A stretch of DNA of 64,000 nucleotides from Macrostomum lignano (Eukaryota), in assembly GCA_002269645.1 (NCBI GenBank), contig NIVC01002463.1:62001-126000 (forward strand), written 5' to 3'. Each line of letters begins with the position of its first letter. Positions within the stretch are counted from its first letter, which is position 1. The notes under the pieces were generated by a model, which saw only the letters and a list, made by a program, of their open reading frames with translations, made no database searches and had not been told where the DNA came from. Shown piece by piece: positions 46,682 through 58,699 of the stretch. Made by a program: the position numbers and the translations under genes.

Positions 46682-49600
46682 CTAGAACGGTCGCTTACGG
46701 AGCAGCATTGACAGCAGTGGAATTCCAACTACAGCGGAGCCGCACACCGCAGCGGCTGCCAGCATCAACGGCGACAAGCCAGCGGCTCCGCCCTGATTGG
46801 CCACCGCCGTCTCCCTGCTGGCCAGCTGCTCAGCGAATTCTTGTCTCTGCCGCTCCAGCTGCTCAGCCATCTCCAGCTCGTGCTCGCGAACTAGACTGAC
46901 CCGTTCCAGCTGCCACTGCTCAGCACCATCAGGCCCAGACTGGTCAGCGAGCTCCCGCCGTTCCAGCCGCTCCTGTTCAAGCTGCATCTCCGTCTGCATC
47001 AGCTGAGTACGAAGCTGCTGCTGCTCAACCTGCAGCTGCTCGATCTGCTGCTCGGTATTTTCCTGCGACTCCTCAACTTTATGCTGGCTTTGAAGTTGAC
47101 GCTCCAGTTTAAGCATTTGCTCTTCGTGCAACTTTTGCAGTCTTTCAACTTCTACTTTATGACTTTGCTGCTGCTGCTCCAGCTGCTTCTGCAGCTCCTC
47201 TTGCTGTACTTGCTTTAGCTGCTCTAGCTGATCTTGGTAATCGATCTCCTGACTTTGCCGTTGCTGCTGCTGCAACTCTTTGCGGAGGTCTTGCCGTTGC
47301 TGCTCCAGCTGAATTTGATAGTCTTGTTGACGCACTTTCAACTTCTGTTGAAGCTCTTGCACCCTGTGCTGGTGCTGCAACTCAACTTCTTCCCGCTGCT
47401 TTAGGCTTTCCTCTTCATGTTTATGGTGCTGCAGCTCCAACAGCTTTCGGTACTCTTCCCGCTTCTGCTCCAGTTGTTGTTTGTAGTACTCTAGCTGCTC
47501 AAGCACCTGCTCCTCAATATGTTGGTCATTTACTTTATTTCGGTATTCTTCTTGAAGCTTGCTACGCTGCTCTTCGAGCTTTCGCTGATGCTCTTCTTGC
47601 AATACTTTCTGCTGCTCCTCCAGTTGTTGCTGATGCTCTTCACTGAGCTTCTTCTGCTGCTCCTCCAGCTGTTGCTGATGATCTTCACTGAGCTTCTTCT
47701 GCTGCTCCTCCAGCTGTTGCTGATGCTCTTCACTGAGCTTCTTCTGCTGCTCCTCCAGCTGTTGCTGATGCTCTTCACTGAGCTTCTTCTGCTGCTCCTC
47801 CAGCTGTTGCTGATGATCTTCACTGAGCTTCTTCTGCTGCTCCTCCAGCTGTTGCTGATGCTCTTCACTGAGCTTCTTCTGCTGCTCCTCCAGCTGTTGC
47901 TGATGCTCTTCACTGAGCTTCTTCTGTTGCTCCTCCAGCTGTTGCTGATGCTCTTCACTGAGCTTCTTCTGTTGCTCCTCCAGCTGTTGCTGATGCTCTT
48001 CACTGAGCTTCTTCTGTTGCTCCTCCAGCTGTTGCTGATGCTCTTCACTGAGCTTCTTCTGTTGCTCCTCCAGCTGTTGCTGATGATCTTCACTGAGCTT
48101 CTTCTGTTGCTCCTCCAGCTGTTGCTGATGCTCTTCACTGAGCTTCTTCTGTTGCTCCTCCAGCTGTTGCTGATGATCTTCACTGAGCTTCTTCTGTTGC
48201 TCCTCCAGCTGTTGCTGATGCTCTTCACTGAGCTTCTTCTGCTGCTCCTCCAGCTGTTGGTTAAGTTCTTGACGTAGAATTTTCTTTTGTTCTTCTAAAC
48301 TTTGCCGATGTTCTTCAGTCAGAATTTGCAGCTGCTGCTCATTTGCAATATGATTTTGTTCATCTTGGTGCACAGAAGTTTGGACACGAGATGGTCCTCT
48401 CGGTTGGTTCTGAAGCATGACCTGCTCGCCTCGCCGTTTTCCCTGCATATTATTTTGCTGCTGATCCAACTGCTGCTGAGGCTGCTTCTGTCGCAGCTCT
48501 ACTTGCTCTTCGTACCGCTCTTGAAGCTTCTTTAGCTGCTTCTCGAGCTGCTCATATTCATACTGCAAGTTTTGATACTTCTGCCGATGCTGCTCTTCTT
48601 GCTGAGCCTGCATCGCCTCCTGCTTCTTGCGCTGCTGTTTGCGCGTCACAATCTCTAGCGCCTGCAGCTCTTGACGGTATTGGTCTCGCAGCTGTTGCAG
48701 CTGCTCCCGCAAATCATCCTGGTGCTTCTCTTTCATAGCCTTCTCCTGTTGCTTTAATTGCATTTGGTGCTGCTCTTCTAGCTCCTGTTGTTGCCGCAGT
48801 AACTGCTGCTTCAGCTGTTCTTGGTTCTGCAACGGCTCTACAGCCTGGTCTTGAGCTTGCTGCTCCTGCATCGGCAGCTCCTGCTGCTGAGACAGAGACA
48901 ACAAATCTTTTTTTAGCTTAGCTTGCTCCTCTAGCAATGCATTCTCCCGTTCTTTCTGCTCAAACAACTGCAACTGCAATTCTTTGTCCTTCCGCGATAA
49001 CTGCTGGTAATCTTCCTCAAGTGCTTTCTGTTCCTGGCGGTGCTTTTCCTGCAGCTCCGCTAGTTGCTGCTTCAGCTGATTCTCATGCTGCTCCTGCAGC
49101 GCCTGCCGCTGCTCATCCAGCTGTGCCTGATAGTTTTGCAGAAGTGAGCTATCGAGAAGCTGCATCTGCTCTTTGCCTGACTCAGACTTCTGTGCATCCG
49201 ACTCTTCATACAGCCGAGTAGGCTGCTCATTATCCGAGCTAATATCTTGAAAGTACACTTCGTTAAACACATTCAACAGCTCCGCCGGCTGCTCTGAGTC
49301 TGAATGCTCATCCTGTCTCTGGCATTGGATGGGAAGAAACAGCATCCGCTGCTCAACAGGCTTGGATTTGTCCTGCTCCTGAAATTGTAGCAGATCAATA
49401 AGTTAGCGGAATGAGAAAATTCAGTTTTATAACTTAATAACTGTCAAGCATGTAAAGTCTCAGTGCTTTGGGGCTGGCTCTCATGGGTGTGAACCGAACG
49501 AAAAATCTCAAATGTCAATTTTCGTTTAAACTAGCAATCTACGCCCCCGTTGGGGAGCCAAAGAAATGCAATACACGTTTTTTAATAAGCTACATGTATC

Positions 49601-52600
49601 CTTGAAATCTTAAAAAATCTCCTGTCAAACCTTGTAAGCCTTGACATGTCAGTAATCCCCCCACAAGCTTTAACATATCAACTTCCCCCCTTGACATCTC
49701 AGCAATGCCCCCAATAAGCCTTTGGAAATCTAAAAATATCTGTCAACCTTCTAACCCTAACCCTAGCCTAACCCTAACCCTAGCCTAACCCTAACCCTAA
49801 CCTAACCCTAACCCTAACCCTAACCCTAAAGCATTGAAATTTCAGTAATTCTCTCTAAGAGTCATTATAGCACTACTACAGCATTATAGTGATTCCCTGC
49901 AAGCCTCGACCTCGTAGGGATTCCCAAATTAATCTCTTAACTTCGACATGAAGCTTCTTTTATTTTTTACATTACGCTTTTTTATCAGCGATCCCTCCCC
50001 TGAGGAGGCATCAAATAATGTAATAAAAAGTTTTCAATAAACTACATGTAGCTTCTGACTTTAGCCTTGAAATCTCATTTATACCCCCGTGAGCCTTGAC
50101 ATCTCAGCTATTCCCCCCGTAAGCCTTGACATGTCAGCGATGGCCCTCATAAACCTTGAAATCTAAAAAATCCCCTGTTAACCTTGAAACCCGATAAAAT
50201 CTAACCCTCAACCCACACCTGACCTAAACCTAACTTTAACCCAACCTAAAGCCTTGAAATCTCAGCAATTCTTCTCCCTTAAGCCTTGACATTTTAGTGA
50301 TTCCTTCTTTAAGAATCACAGCACTATAACGATTTCCACCAAGCTTTGACATCGTAGCAATTCCCAAATGAATCTTTTAACTTCGACATGACTTTTCTTT
50401 TATGTATACATAGTGCTACTTTTATTTTTTACATGACTCTTCTTCTATCAGCGCCCCCCGTGGCGAGCCAACAAAGAATGTAATAAAAAAATTGAGTAAA
50501 GTACATGCACTTTGAAGTAGCTTCTGACTTTTGCTTTGACATCTCAGAATCCCCCCCCGTAATCTCAGTTATTCTTTGAGAGCCTTTACGTCTCAGTTTT
50601 TCTCCCCAGCACAGCATTATAGCTGCATTTAATTTTTACATGACACCCTTCATGTCTGACATGAGAAGTGACTCTATGACGACTCTAAGGCCACGAGATG
50701 TCGCGGTAAAAATTAGCACTAAAAAGTCGTCAACTCTAACAACTCTATTTAGTCTACCGTCGCATTGCAGTCGGTTGAGTTGCTAAAAAGTCACAAGAGA
50801 GTCGCCCCAGACTCGCTAGACTCGCTAGTAAGTTATTTGCGATCAGATTTATTGTCTATTACAAGATGCAAAATTGCCTTTTGCGATTGGCAGGTACCAT
50901 GCAGTTCAGGAACTACTGTTCAGGAAGATCAGCGCTCACCCCAACCAATCCTGTCACAGAGCCCTCGGCCATGGAACCCCTGCTAGATCCGTGCAGCGAG
51001 CCTTCCGCCGTGAACGCAACGCCTGCAGAGGTGTCAGCGTCCTGGCTGAAATCTTCCGGATTCGAGTCCGCTTTGCTTTGCCTGCCGTCTGAGGCATCCA
51101 GCGTAGACCTCTGAGAACTTATTGACTGATTGGACAGCCTGACAGCCTGTGTGAAGCGGTATTTGTATCAGACATGCAATCGCACCTTGGTAACAAATGA
51201 ATTTCAAGAATAAAAACTGAATTCTAATTGAATCAGAATTCCAACCTTGACTAGCAGTACAAGCTAGCTATTAGACACTACCGTGACCAAAAACACTGCA
51301 GACATGGAAGTGGCAAGTCACCAGAGCTTACGTGGCATCCTTAGTAAATGTGATATTTGAATCTACCGCCTCACTAATCAAAACACAAAAAACAAACTCA
51401 CCTGCTCAATATAGTACTCCAACTGTTGAGCCAGCGGCCCGTCTGTCTGAGTCTGCTGCTGCTGCTGCCCAGGCTGCTCGGGCTCCTGCACCTGGTCCAA
51501 CAGACGCTCGAGCCGGCTTAGCATGGCCTCGTCGCAGACCACCGGAGCATCCAGGCTGACGCCCGCAACCGTGGATGACAGGTCGGAGAACACCCGGTTG
51601 AGCTCGCTGAGTCGCTCGTCTAATCGACGCTCCCGTCGAAGCGATTCGGCGAGGCACTGCGCGATGGCGGCGGTTGCACCGGCGTTGGCGACCTCGGAGG
51701 CTGGCGAATCGGTCACGGAGGTGTCCTCGGAGCTGGCGGTGCTGCACACAGAGCCTGGTGCGGACGGCTGCTCCGGCGGTCGAACCGCTTCGGTGCCGTC
51801 CGGATGGAACAGCTGGACGCGGGCAACGATGCTGTTGTGCGTCACCTGCGGCAAAATGCGTCACCTGCGGGTTGTGCTACTTATAGTAGCCTATGGCTTT
51901 AGGTAATAAATAACTAGATTGGGCAAGAACTGCTAAAGGAAGGAGGCAGAAATCTCTATTGGCCGTAATATTTAGCACGGCAGGTGAGAATTTTAGTGAA
52001 CATGACCCCCGATTTTTCAATAGAGGGCAGCTGACACCCTTGACCTCCCCTGGGTGGTTTCTTTATCGCAGTTAAACAATAATTGCAAATACCAGGGGGA
52101 GACAGCGACATCTGAATGTCAGGGGCACCCATTTCGATTTGGGGCACCACTTTCGGTGAGGGGGGCACCACTTTCGGTAGGGGGCATCACTTTCGGTAGG
52201 GGGGGGGGGGGGGGGGCACCACTTTCGGTAGGGGGGCATCACTTTCGGTGGAGGGCACCACTTTCGGTAGGGGGGCATCACTTTCGGTGGGGGGCACCAC
52301 TTTCGGTAGGGGGCATCACTTTCGGCGGGGGGCACCACTTTCGGTAGGGGGCATCACTTTCGGTGGGGGGGGCATCACTTTCGGTAGGGGGCATCACTTT
52401 CGGTGGGGGGGCATCACTTTCGGTAGGGGGCATCACTTTCGGTAGGGGGGGGGGGGCACCACTTTCGGTAGGGGGGGGGGGGCATCACTTTCGGTGGGGG
52501 GGCACCACTTTCGGTAGGGGGGGGCACCACTTTCGGTAGGGGGGCATCACTTTCGGTGGGGGGGCACCACTTTCGGTAGGGGGGCATCACTTTCGGTAGG

Positions 52601-53273
52601 GGGGGGGGGCACCACTTTCGGTAGGGGGGCACCACTTTCGGTAGGGGGGCATCACTTTCAGTAGGGGGGCACCACTTTCGGTAGGGGGGCACCACTTTCG
52701 GTAGGGGGGCATCACTTTCAGTAGGGGGGCACCACTTTCGGTAGGGGGCACCACTTTCGGTAGGGGGGCATCACTTTCAGTAGGGGGGCAACACTTTCGG
52801 TGGGGGGGGCACCACTTTCGGTGGGGGGGCACCACTTTCGGTGACCGGGGAGCGATCTATAAAAGCATTCCCAATTTCCCATGACGCACCTGTTTAGTCG
52901 AGTCGACTACTTCAACGCCGAGCTGCAGGAGGTCGCCGCTGTACAGTGGCTCCGGCTTGCTGGCCTGGGTGCTGGGGCTGAGGCGGCGCCCATTAACAAA
53001 TGTGCCATTAGCGCTACCAGCGTCAACAATAAAAAACCCGGCATCTTTATAATAGATGCTGCCATGATCCCGGCTGAGGACTCGACAGTCGAATATTGCG
53101 TTGCCAGGCTCGGCGCGTTGCTTAGCAACTGCTCGGCCAATTTTAACAGTTAACGAATCGTCATCTAGTGTCAACCGGCGAGGCTCAAACAGTGACGATT
53201 TTGTACTCGGACAGAGGAGGATGACCGGATGTCCGGACGGCTGCTCGGACAGCTCACCAGAGGTGACGCTCAT
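46682..53273 (-). CDS. SLMAP: Sarcolemmal membrane-associated protein SLMAP-like (FHA, long coiled coil, C-terminal tail anchor); exons 53273-52890, 51845-51402, 51146-50940, 49378-46682; ~1243 aa
   Basis: FHA motifs KIGRAVA, NAIFDCRVLSRDH, SANGTFVN and SGDLLQLGVEV, continuing into VTHNSIVARVQLFHPDG. All junctions are phase 0. C-terminal hydrophobic helix followed by RKRPF. Exon 3 is the least certain. Confidence 0.85.
47610..48270 (-). repeat. Coding 45-bp tandem repeat (SEEHQQQLEEQQKKL, ~14 copies) within SLMAP
   Basis: Seen in both the DNA and the translation. Confidence 0.95.
49751..49829. repeat. Interstitial telomere-like (CCCTAA)n tract in SLMAP intron 3
   Basis: About a dozen CCCTAA/CCTAG/CCTAA units; a more degenerate echo lies near 50200-50250. 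Confidence 0.85.
52135..52845. repeat. G-run minisatellite (Gn-caYcactttcggt, ~21 bp), SLMAP intron 1
   Basis: Direct tandem repetition with variable G-runs. Confidence 0.94.
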
Positions 53274-53583
53274 ATTGCTGTGCTGCTGGCTGGCTGAGCT
53301 CACCACAGTAGCCGCAGGCTCATTTGCAGCAAAGAGGAACCAGAACAGGATTCTGATCCAATTGAATACTAAATAGGCACTATTCCCAGAATTTGGTGAA
53401 TTCCCAGAAAAACAATTAGATGTCACAGTACGAGTCGCTAAAAAGTTGTCAAAGAGTTGTCTAAAAGTCAATTTGAGGCGTTTCATTGTCTGTGACTCTG
53501 AACAACTCTGGTGTGACACAAGTGACTCAGGGGTGTCTCTATAATGACTCTGAGGCCATAGAGTTCTATTTAGAACTATTTTT

Positions 53584-53800
53584 TGTGTCCTTAAGCAAGA
53601 CACTTAACTCTGCATTGCTTCAGTTCACCCAGCTGTAAAATGGGTGCCAGCATTAGCTGGGGTAATTGAGAGTGCATGTGGTAACCCCTGAGTCCTTGGA
53701 CTGAACAGCCATATATAGCCTTCAGATGTGGCGCACAATAGCTGTGGCTAAGTTATCGGTTGCACATCTGGCCCAATTGGGGCACATACATGTAATCAAT
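53584..53800 (+). mobile_element. SINE fragment with a CORE/Meta-like central domain
   Basis: tgtgtccttaagcaagacacttaactc...cacccagctgtaaaatgggtgcc resembles the recalled conserved SINE central domains; the family cannot be assigned without a search. Confidence 0.6.
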
Positions 53801-56800
53801 TATTTTTTATTATTATTCATATCTAGATATTGTTAGTAGAAAGCTAAGCATTAAAAAAGCAACTTTTAACAAATTTTTACAACTTTTTTAAAATTCTGAA
53901 ACTCACATGATGAGCTTGTGACTCAATAGTCACCTCTGTTGCATTGTAGTTGTTTGAGTCACTAAAAGTCATGAGGTCATCCTAGAATCACTAGTAAATT
54001 GTTTGGAATTACTCTACCAATGCTTGTCCTAATGATATTTTAACAGAACCTTCTTCATGCAAAAAATTTATATCTTACTGACAAAACCTGATTTAGCAAA
54101 TAAAAAGGCCAGAATGGACAAAGCTAAAAAGTTAAACTCAAACTCTACTCAAAACCTATACAGAAACAAGTATGACCTAGATAAATGACTTTTAATTTAA
54201 TTATATTAATTAAGTATATTAATTATTTCTATAATCTTAAGTTCTATAACTTTGCTAATATATAGAGATATTCTTTAGGCTAGCCACAAATAAAGCTTTA
54301 CTTGAATGCCTAAGTTTCAATTTACTATGCAAATAAAATTTTATGTGGTTATAAAGGTTTCTATGCTCTATATGAATATATAAATAAATTCTCATTAATC
54401 TAACTAGCCACTATAACTGCATCATGAATAGACTAAACAGTTAGTTCTATTATAAAAAAAGCTATTTTCAAAGATAATAGACCTTATATCTTGAGTATGT
54501 TTAAAAGAATATTGTATACTTTAGTGCCAGACACTTTATAATATCAAGTCAATATTGATAAGGACAAATTCAAGAGAGGATTTAGAGAGGGGCAGCTACA
54601 CATTTTTTTACCCTTAAGCTAAGGCAAAGCTTTATTTTTCATCTCCTATTAAATGCATTTTTGCACCCTTAGCTTAAAAATTGATGCTTCTTATACTCAC
54701 GTTGGTGCCTCAGACTTAGAATACCCCCCTCTCAAAATGAATTTTTAGATCTGCCACTGGAATAATGTGCATATATTGAACTTTATATTGTTATCTAAAT
54801 CAAAGCTTATAGCTTAGGCCTATAATAATTGATTTGCCTAAAGTTTTATTTTGAATCTTTAGTCAATAATCTTATCTATGTGATTATCCTGTGTCTGTGT
54901 GATAGTCCTATTGTAAGTTGTAGTCCTATATATGCAACATGTCCAACAAGTTTCTACTAATATAGTATTATAGTAATAAATATTAGATATAAAAATCAGC
55001 CTATATTAAAATTTTAGGCCCTAATAGAGAAAATTAGTATATTATTTCTTTTTATTAGCACTTTTTTGCTAGTATATTAATGGATTTTTATTGAAATGTT
55101 AACACTGCATTTTCGATGAAACAGATTTAAATACAAGCTTTATTGACTGGTATTTTTCAAATGGAAAATTATTAATTTTTGTATTTTTCCAAAAAGTTGA
55201 AATATGGTATAAGCAAACTTTTTTGCTAGGAATAGTTTTGGCGCATGGCGCAAGCAATTTTTTTGGATAGGATTGTTGTGGCACATGGCATGCCATGATC
55301 CTGACTATGGCTATTATCAGACTATCAACAATGTTTTAAAATATGTTATTTGCTATATAAAATTAGGCAACTTTGCTCAAAAGAATCCAATCTACAAAAC
55401 AAAACCAAGACAAAATCAAGAGACGGTAACTAACCAGCTGTATGTAGCTAGCAGCTAGCTATGGAGTATGGTATCACTCTAATACTTCATTTAATTAAAT
55501 TGTAAAGTTTTATTAACATAGGCCTAGCCCTAATATAAGTGAATAATAATCCTGTGGATTTTTGCAACTTAAATAGATCAGAGACGACAGAGATACTCGG
55601 CAAATGTAACATCTCAAGTGTAACGTTTTAGCTCTAGTTATTACAGGGGTATGCTTAGACAGACACCCAAGTTCCAATCCAAATTAAATATCCATCCAAT
55701 CCAAGTCACATATTTTCCCAAAAGTTTAAGACATATCGTACAGTGGCCGCAACATAGCAAAACCTATGCAACACTTAGCAATACTTGCTTAATATAACAA
55801 TGTATAGAAGTACCAAATTAAATCAGAAAAATAAGTGCAAAAGTAAAAAAATTTAGCCAAAAGGCCCAAAACCGTGAAAACTGAACTCGCCAAGGTAAAG
55901 GTTCGTTATTTCATAGAATTTTATCAGTTTAAATATTGTAGTAAAAGTTTTTTCCTTAAAATCGAAAATAGCTTTTTATAAATATTGTTTTACAAAACAC
56001 TTTTTAGTTTGTGAAGCAAAAATAATTTTTTGGTTTTAAAATTGTTATAATATTATAAAAGCACGATATGCAGTTTGAATTAACTTTTTTCTGAGAAACA
56101 TAGCCGACCAAAATTTTGCGAAAATCCAATTTGATATCAATCTAGGCAGGCTTAATTTAGTATTGTAAAGTACATTTAGATAATTATCAGTCACATACCC
56201 GATGACCTACTCAGAATAGTCTTATTTTTTAACATATTAGAGATTTTTAAAGCAGTTTCTTATATTTTTGACTTGCAAAAAATATTCTTACACAAGTGGC
56301 ATTTCTAGGGACTAGGGTGTCAGGGACTAGGGGTACAGCCGTTACAGGACGTTTTGCCTTAAGTCATTTGGCGGCTGCCTATGACGCATGGCTTTGGGCC
56401 TTATAAGACACTTAGCCCGAATATTCAAATAAGTCTAAGTCCTACGATTGGGTTTTATTTCGCTTGACTGTACTGTACTTAAAATCGTTTTGTCTATTCT
56501 CTTTTTCCTATTTTGCTATTTACTGTTTTACTTCAGCTTCAGTGATGGATCCTGATTTGGTCCTAATGCCCCAATGAGGCCATGCCCCTCCCTCAGCTAG
56601 ATATAATGGCTATAATTTATATGATATTCATTTGGAGAGGATCAATATAGATTACATTACTGTCATTAGCAAAATTTATCATGGGAAATTAGAGTAAGCT
56701 TTTTTCTAAGAATTTTCTTTAATATAACAGAAAGGTATATATATAGTGTCCCTGATATATATACTTGTTATTTAACTTGAGTTAAGATTGGTAATCAGTG

Positions 56801-57297
56801 CTTTTAATTTTAATTCTAGTGGTAGACCTTGCTTGGAAATATGAATATATAACTATACTACCTCTGCTAGGTTTCTGCTATTTGATAATATTAATAACTA
56901 TATATAATATATAGCTAAGATAAATTATGGAGGTCTATATATTAAAATTCAGTCTTCTTGGGTCTTAATAATATTTTGACTATTTTAAGCTAAACTTGAT
57001 ATTTTAAATTTCTCAAATATTTGTGCATTAAAAATTGAATAATGATTTTTATGTCTAGATATATCTTTAAGAATATGCTTGTTTTATGATTTTATGAGCA
57101 ATAAACCAAATCTTCTTTCTCTGATCCTATGTAAAATACATTTTTATGCCTAACAATTGGCAACCTAAAAATTATGCCAATTGACACTTTTTATTCTGCT
57201 AGCACCTAGGTTTTAAACAAAATGTGTTAAATAACATATGACAAAAAGATTACTAAGGAGCAAGACACAATGTAAAAGAAGAAAGAAAAGATGAGAG

Positions 57298-57580
57298 GGG
57301 GGCCGTAGCCCAGCGGTAGTGTAGCTGCTCTGGTGTGCCAGTGACCCAGGCTTGATTCCAAGTGCAGTCACATTAATTTGGGGCTGAATTGGAATCTTGG
57401 CTTGGCTCTGCTCGTGCAATTAACGGCCTTGAGAGCCAACCCCCCAAGGCGCAGTGAAGTGTACATGCCTAACGATAATATAAAGTTAGGGCCGCTGTAC
57501 ACTCCTGTGTGAGTGCATGCCTGCGTATGTATCCGCGCGCTTGTATGCCTGCTCACGGGAGTTGGCAGAATGGGCAGTAA
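57298..57580 (+). mobile_element. tRNA-derived SINE, near-full copy
   Basis: Head with A-box-like TAGCCCAGCGG and B-box-like GGCTTGATTCC; body shared with the 11610 and 61445 copies. Confidence 0.8.
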
Positions 57581-57734
57581 TGCCTCTCGCTGTTTGTGTG
57601 CCTATGTCGCTTAAAGTGCGCCAGTGTGCACACAACCCCCTGTCTCTAATACAAAAAGAGGCACAGAAATAGGAAAAGATGAGAAAGGAAATACCAACAG
57701 AAGAGGCAACAAAAAAGCAGAGAACATACATGCA

Positions 57735-57884
57735 CAACCTTGGGAATCACTCGGCTGTTTCTATTGGCAACACACACATGTAAGTCACTATTGGCTGAGA
57801 ATAGTCTCGTGACTACTATTCTGTCCAATAGCAATTTACATGTGTGTGTTGCCAATGGAAACGGCCGGGTGAATCCCTAGGTTG
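57735..57884. repeat. ~150-bp imperfect palindrome (foldback, arms ~70 bp)
   Basis: caaccttgggaatcactcggctgtttctattggcaacacacacatgtaa pairs with ttacatgtgtgtgttgccaatggaaacggccgggtgaatccctaggttg; the inner ctattgg/agaatagt arms also pair. Confidence 0.85.
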
Positions 57885-58699
57885 CACCCAAGCATGGCAG
57901 AGAAGGAGAGCAAAAAGGAAGTCGCAACTAGACTACTGGACTAAGCTTAGTTGCAGCAAAAATTATGCAGTTCTGTTATCACAGAGAGTGGGTTTCTCTG
58001 CCATGGTTTATATAGTCAAAGCTTTTTCACCAAATAACCATTATTTCTCTATATTTAGCTTGAAGAACAGTTTCTGCTCTGTACGAACTCGCTACAGAAG
58101 TCTTCAGGAAAATCTTGAAGCCATCATATTACTGTATTTGTAGTTATAAGTTTTCTGTAGGTATATCTAGCTGCCATAGGTCCCCATTATACTGATAGTT
58201 GACATAGCAACCTTTAGCATAGTCTATTGGTATCAAGTAGTTAAATTCTGCTCAAACAGCTGGTGAAGCAGCTCTGCTGTTGGCACTGGATAGCGCCGCC
58301 TCCGATGCCTCATCAATTGCTGCTGGCTGCACAGTCCCCCTCAGCCGCAGGTAGCCAGCTTTCCCAGCCTCTGCCAGCTGCCGCTGCAGCTCCTGCTCAC
58401 TGTTGATGATGCGCACCACTTTGTAGGCCTCCTCGCTGGATTCCAGCACGCTTTTCTTCCAGCTTAGGCTGAAGCTGCCAATCTGTGCAGTTATTTAAGG
58501 GGTATCGATATTTTTGTTTGGACTCGGGATGATGGTATGGGTTTTGAAATTTGTGTCAGATCAAATTTAGGCACAGATCTACATTTCACTGACATGATTG
58601 TGTGTAAATTTTAACCTGATAGCTGTCACATTGGATCATAAGCATGCCGCTTTGTTAGTCTTTAATGGTTGGACGAGCCTCTTGCTTTCCAAAATTCCT

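Noticed and set aside
47519-48277. Leu-rich 252-aa ORF (+) and the SNSWRSNRR ORF (-)
   Set aside because: These are the antisense and alternate frames of the SLMAP coding repeat.
54000-57200. AT-rich 3-kb stretch searched for upstream SPG11 exons or ncRNA
   Set aside because: No ORF, splice-flanked coding segment or structure that I could support.
57298-57365. Possible tRNA gene
   Set aside because: The anticodon arm is truncated, there is no acceptor stem pairing, and it continues into a repeated body; it is better explained as a SINE head.
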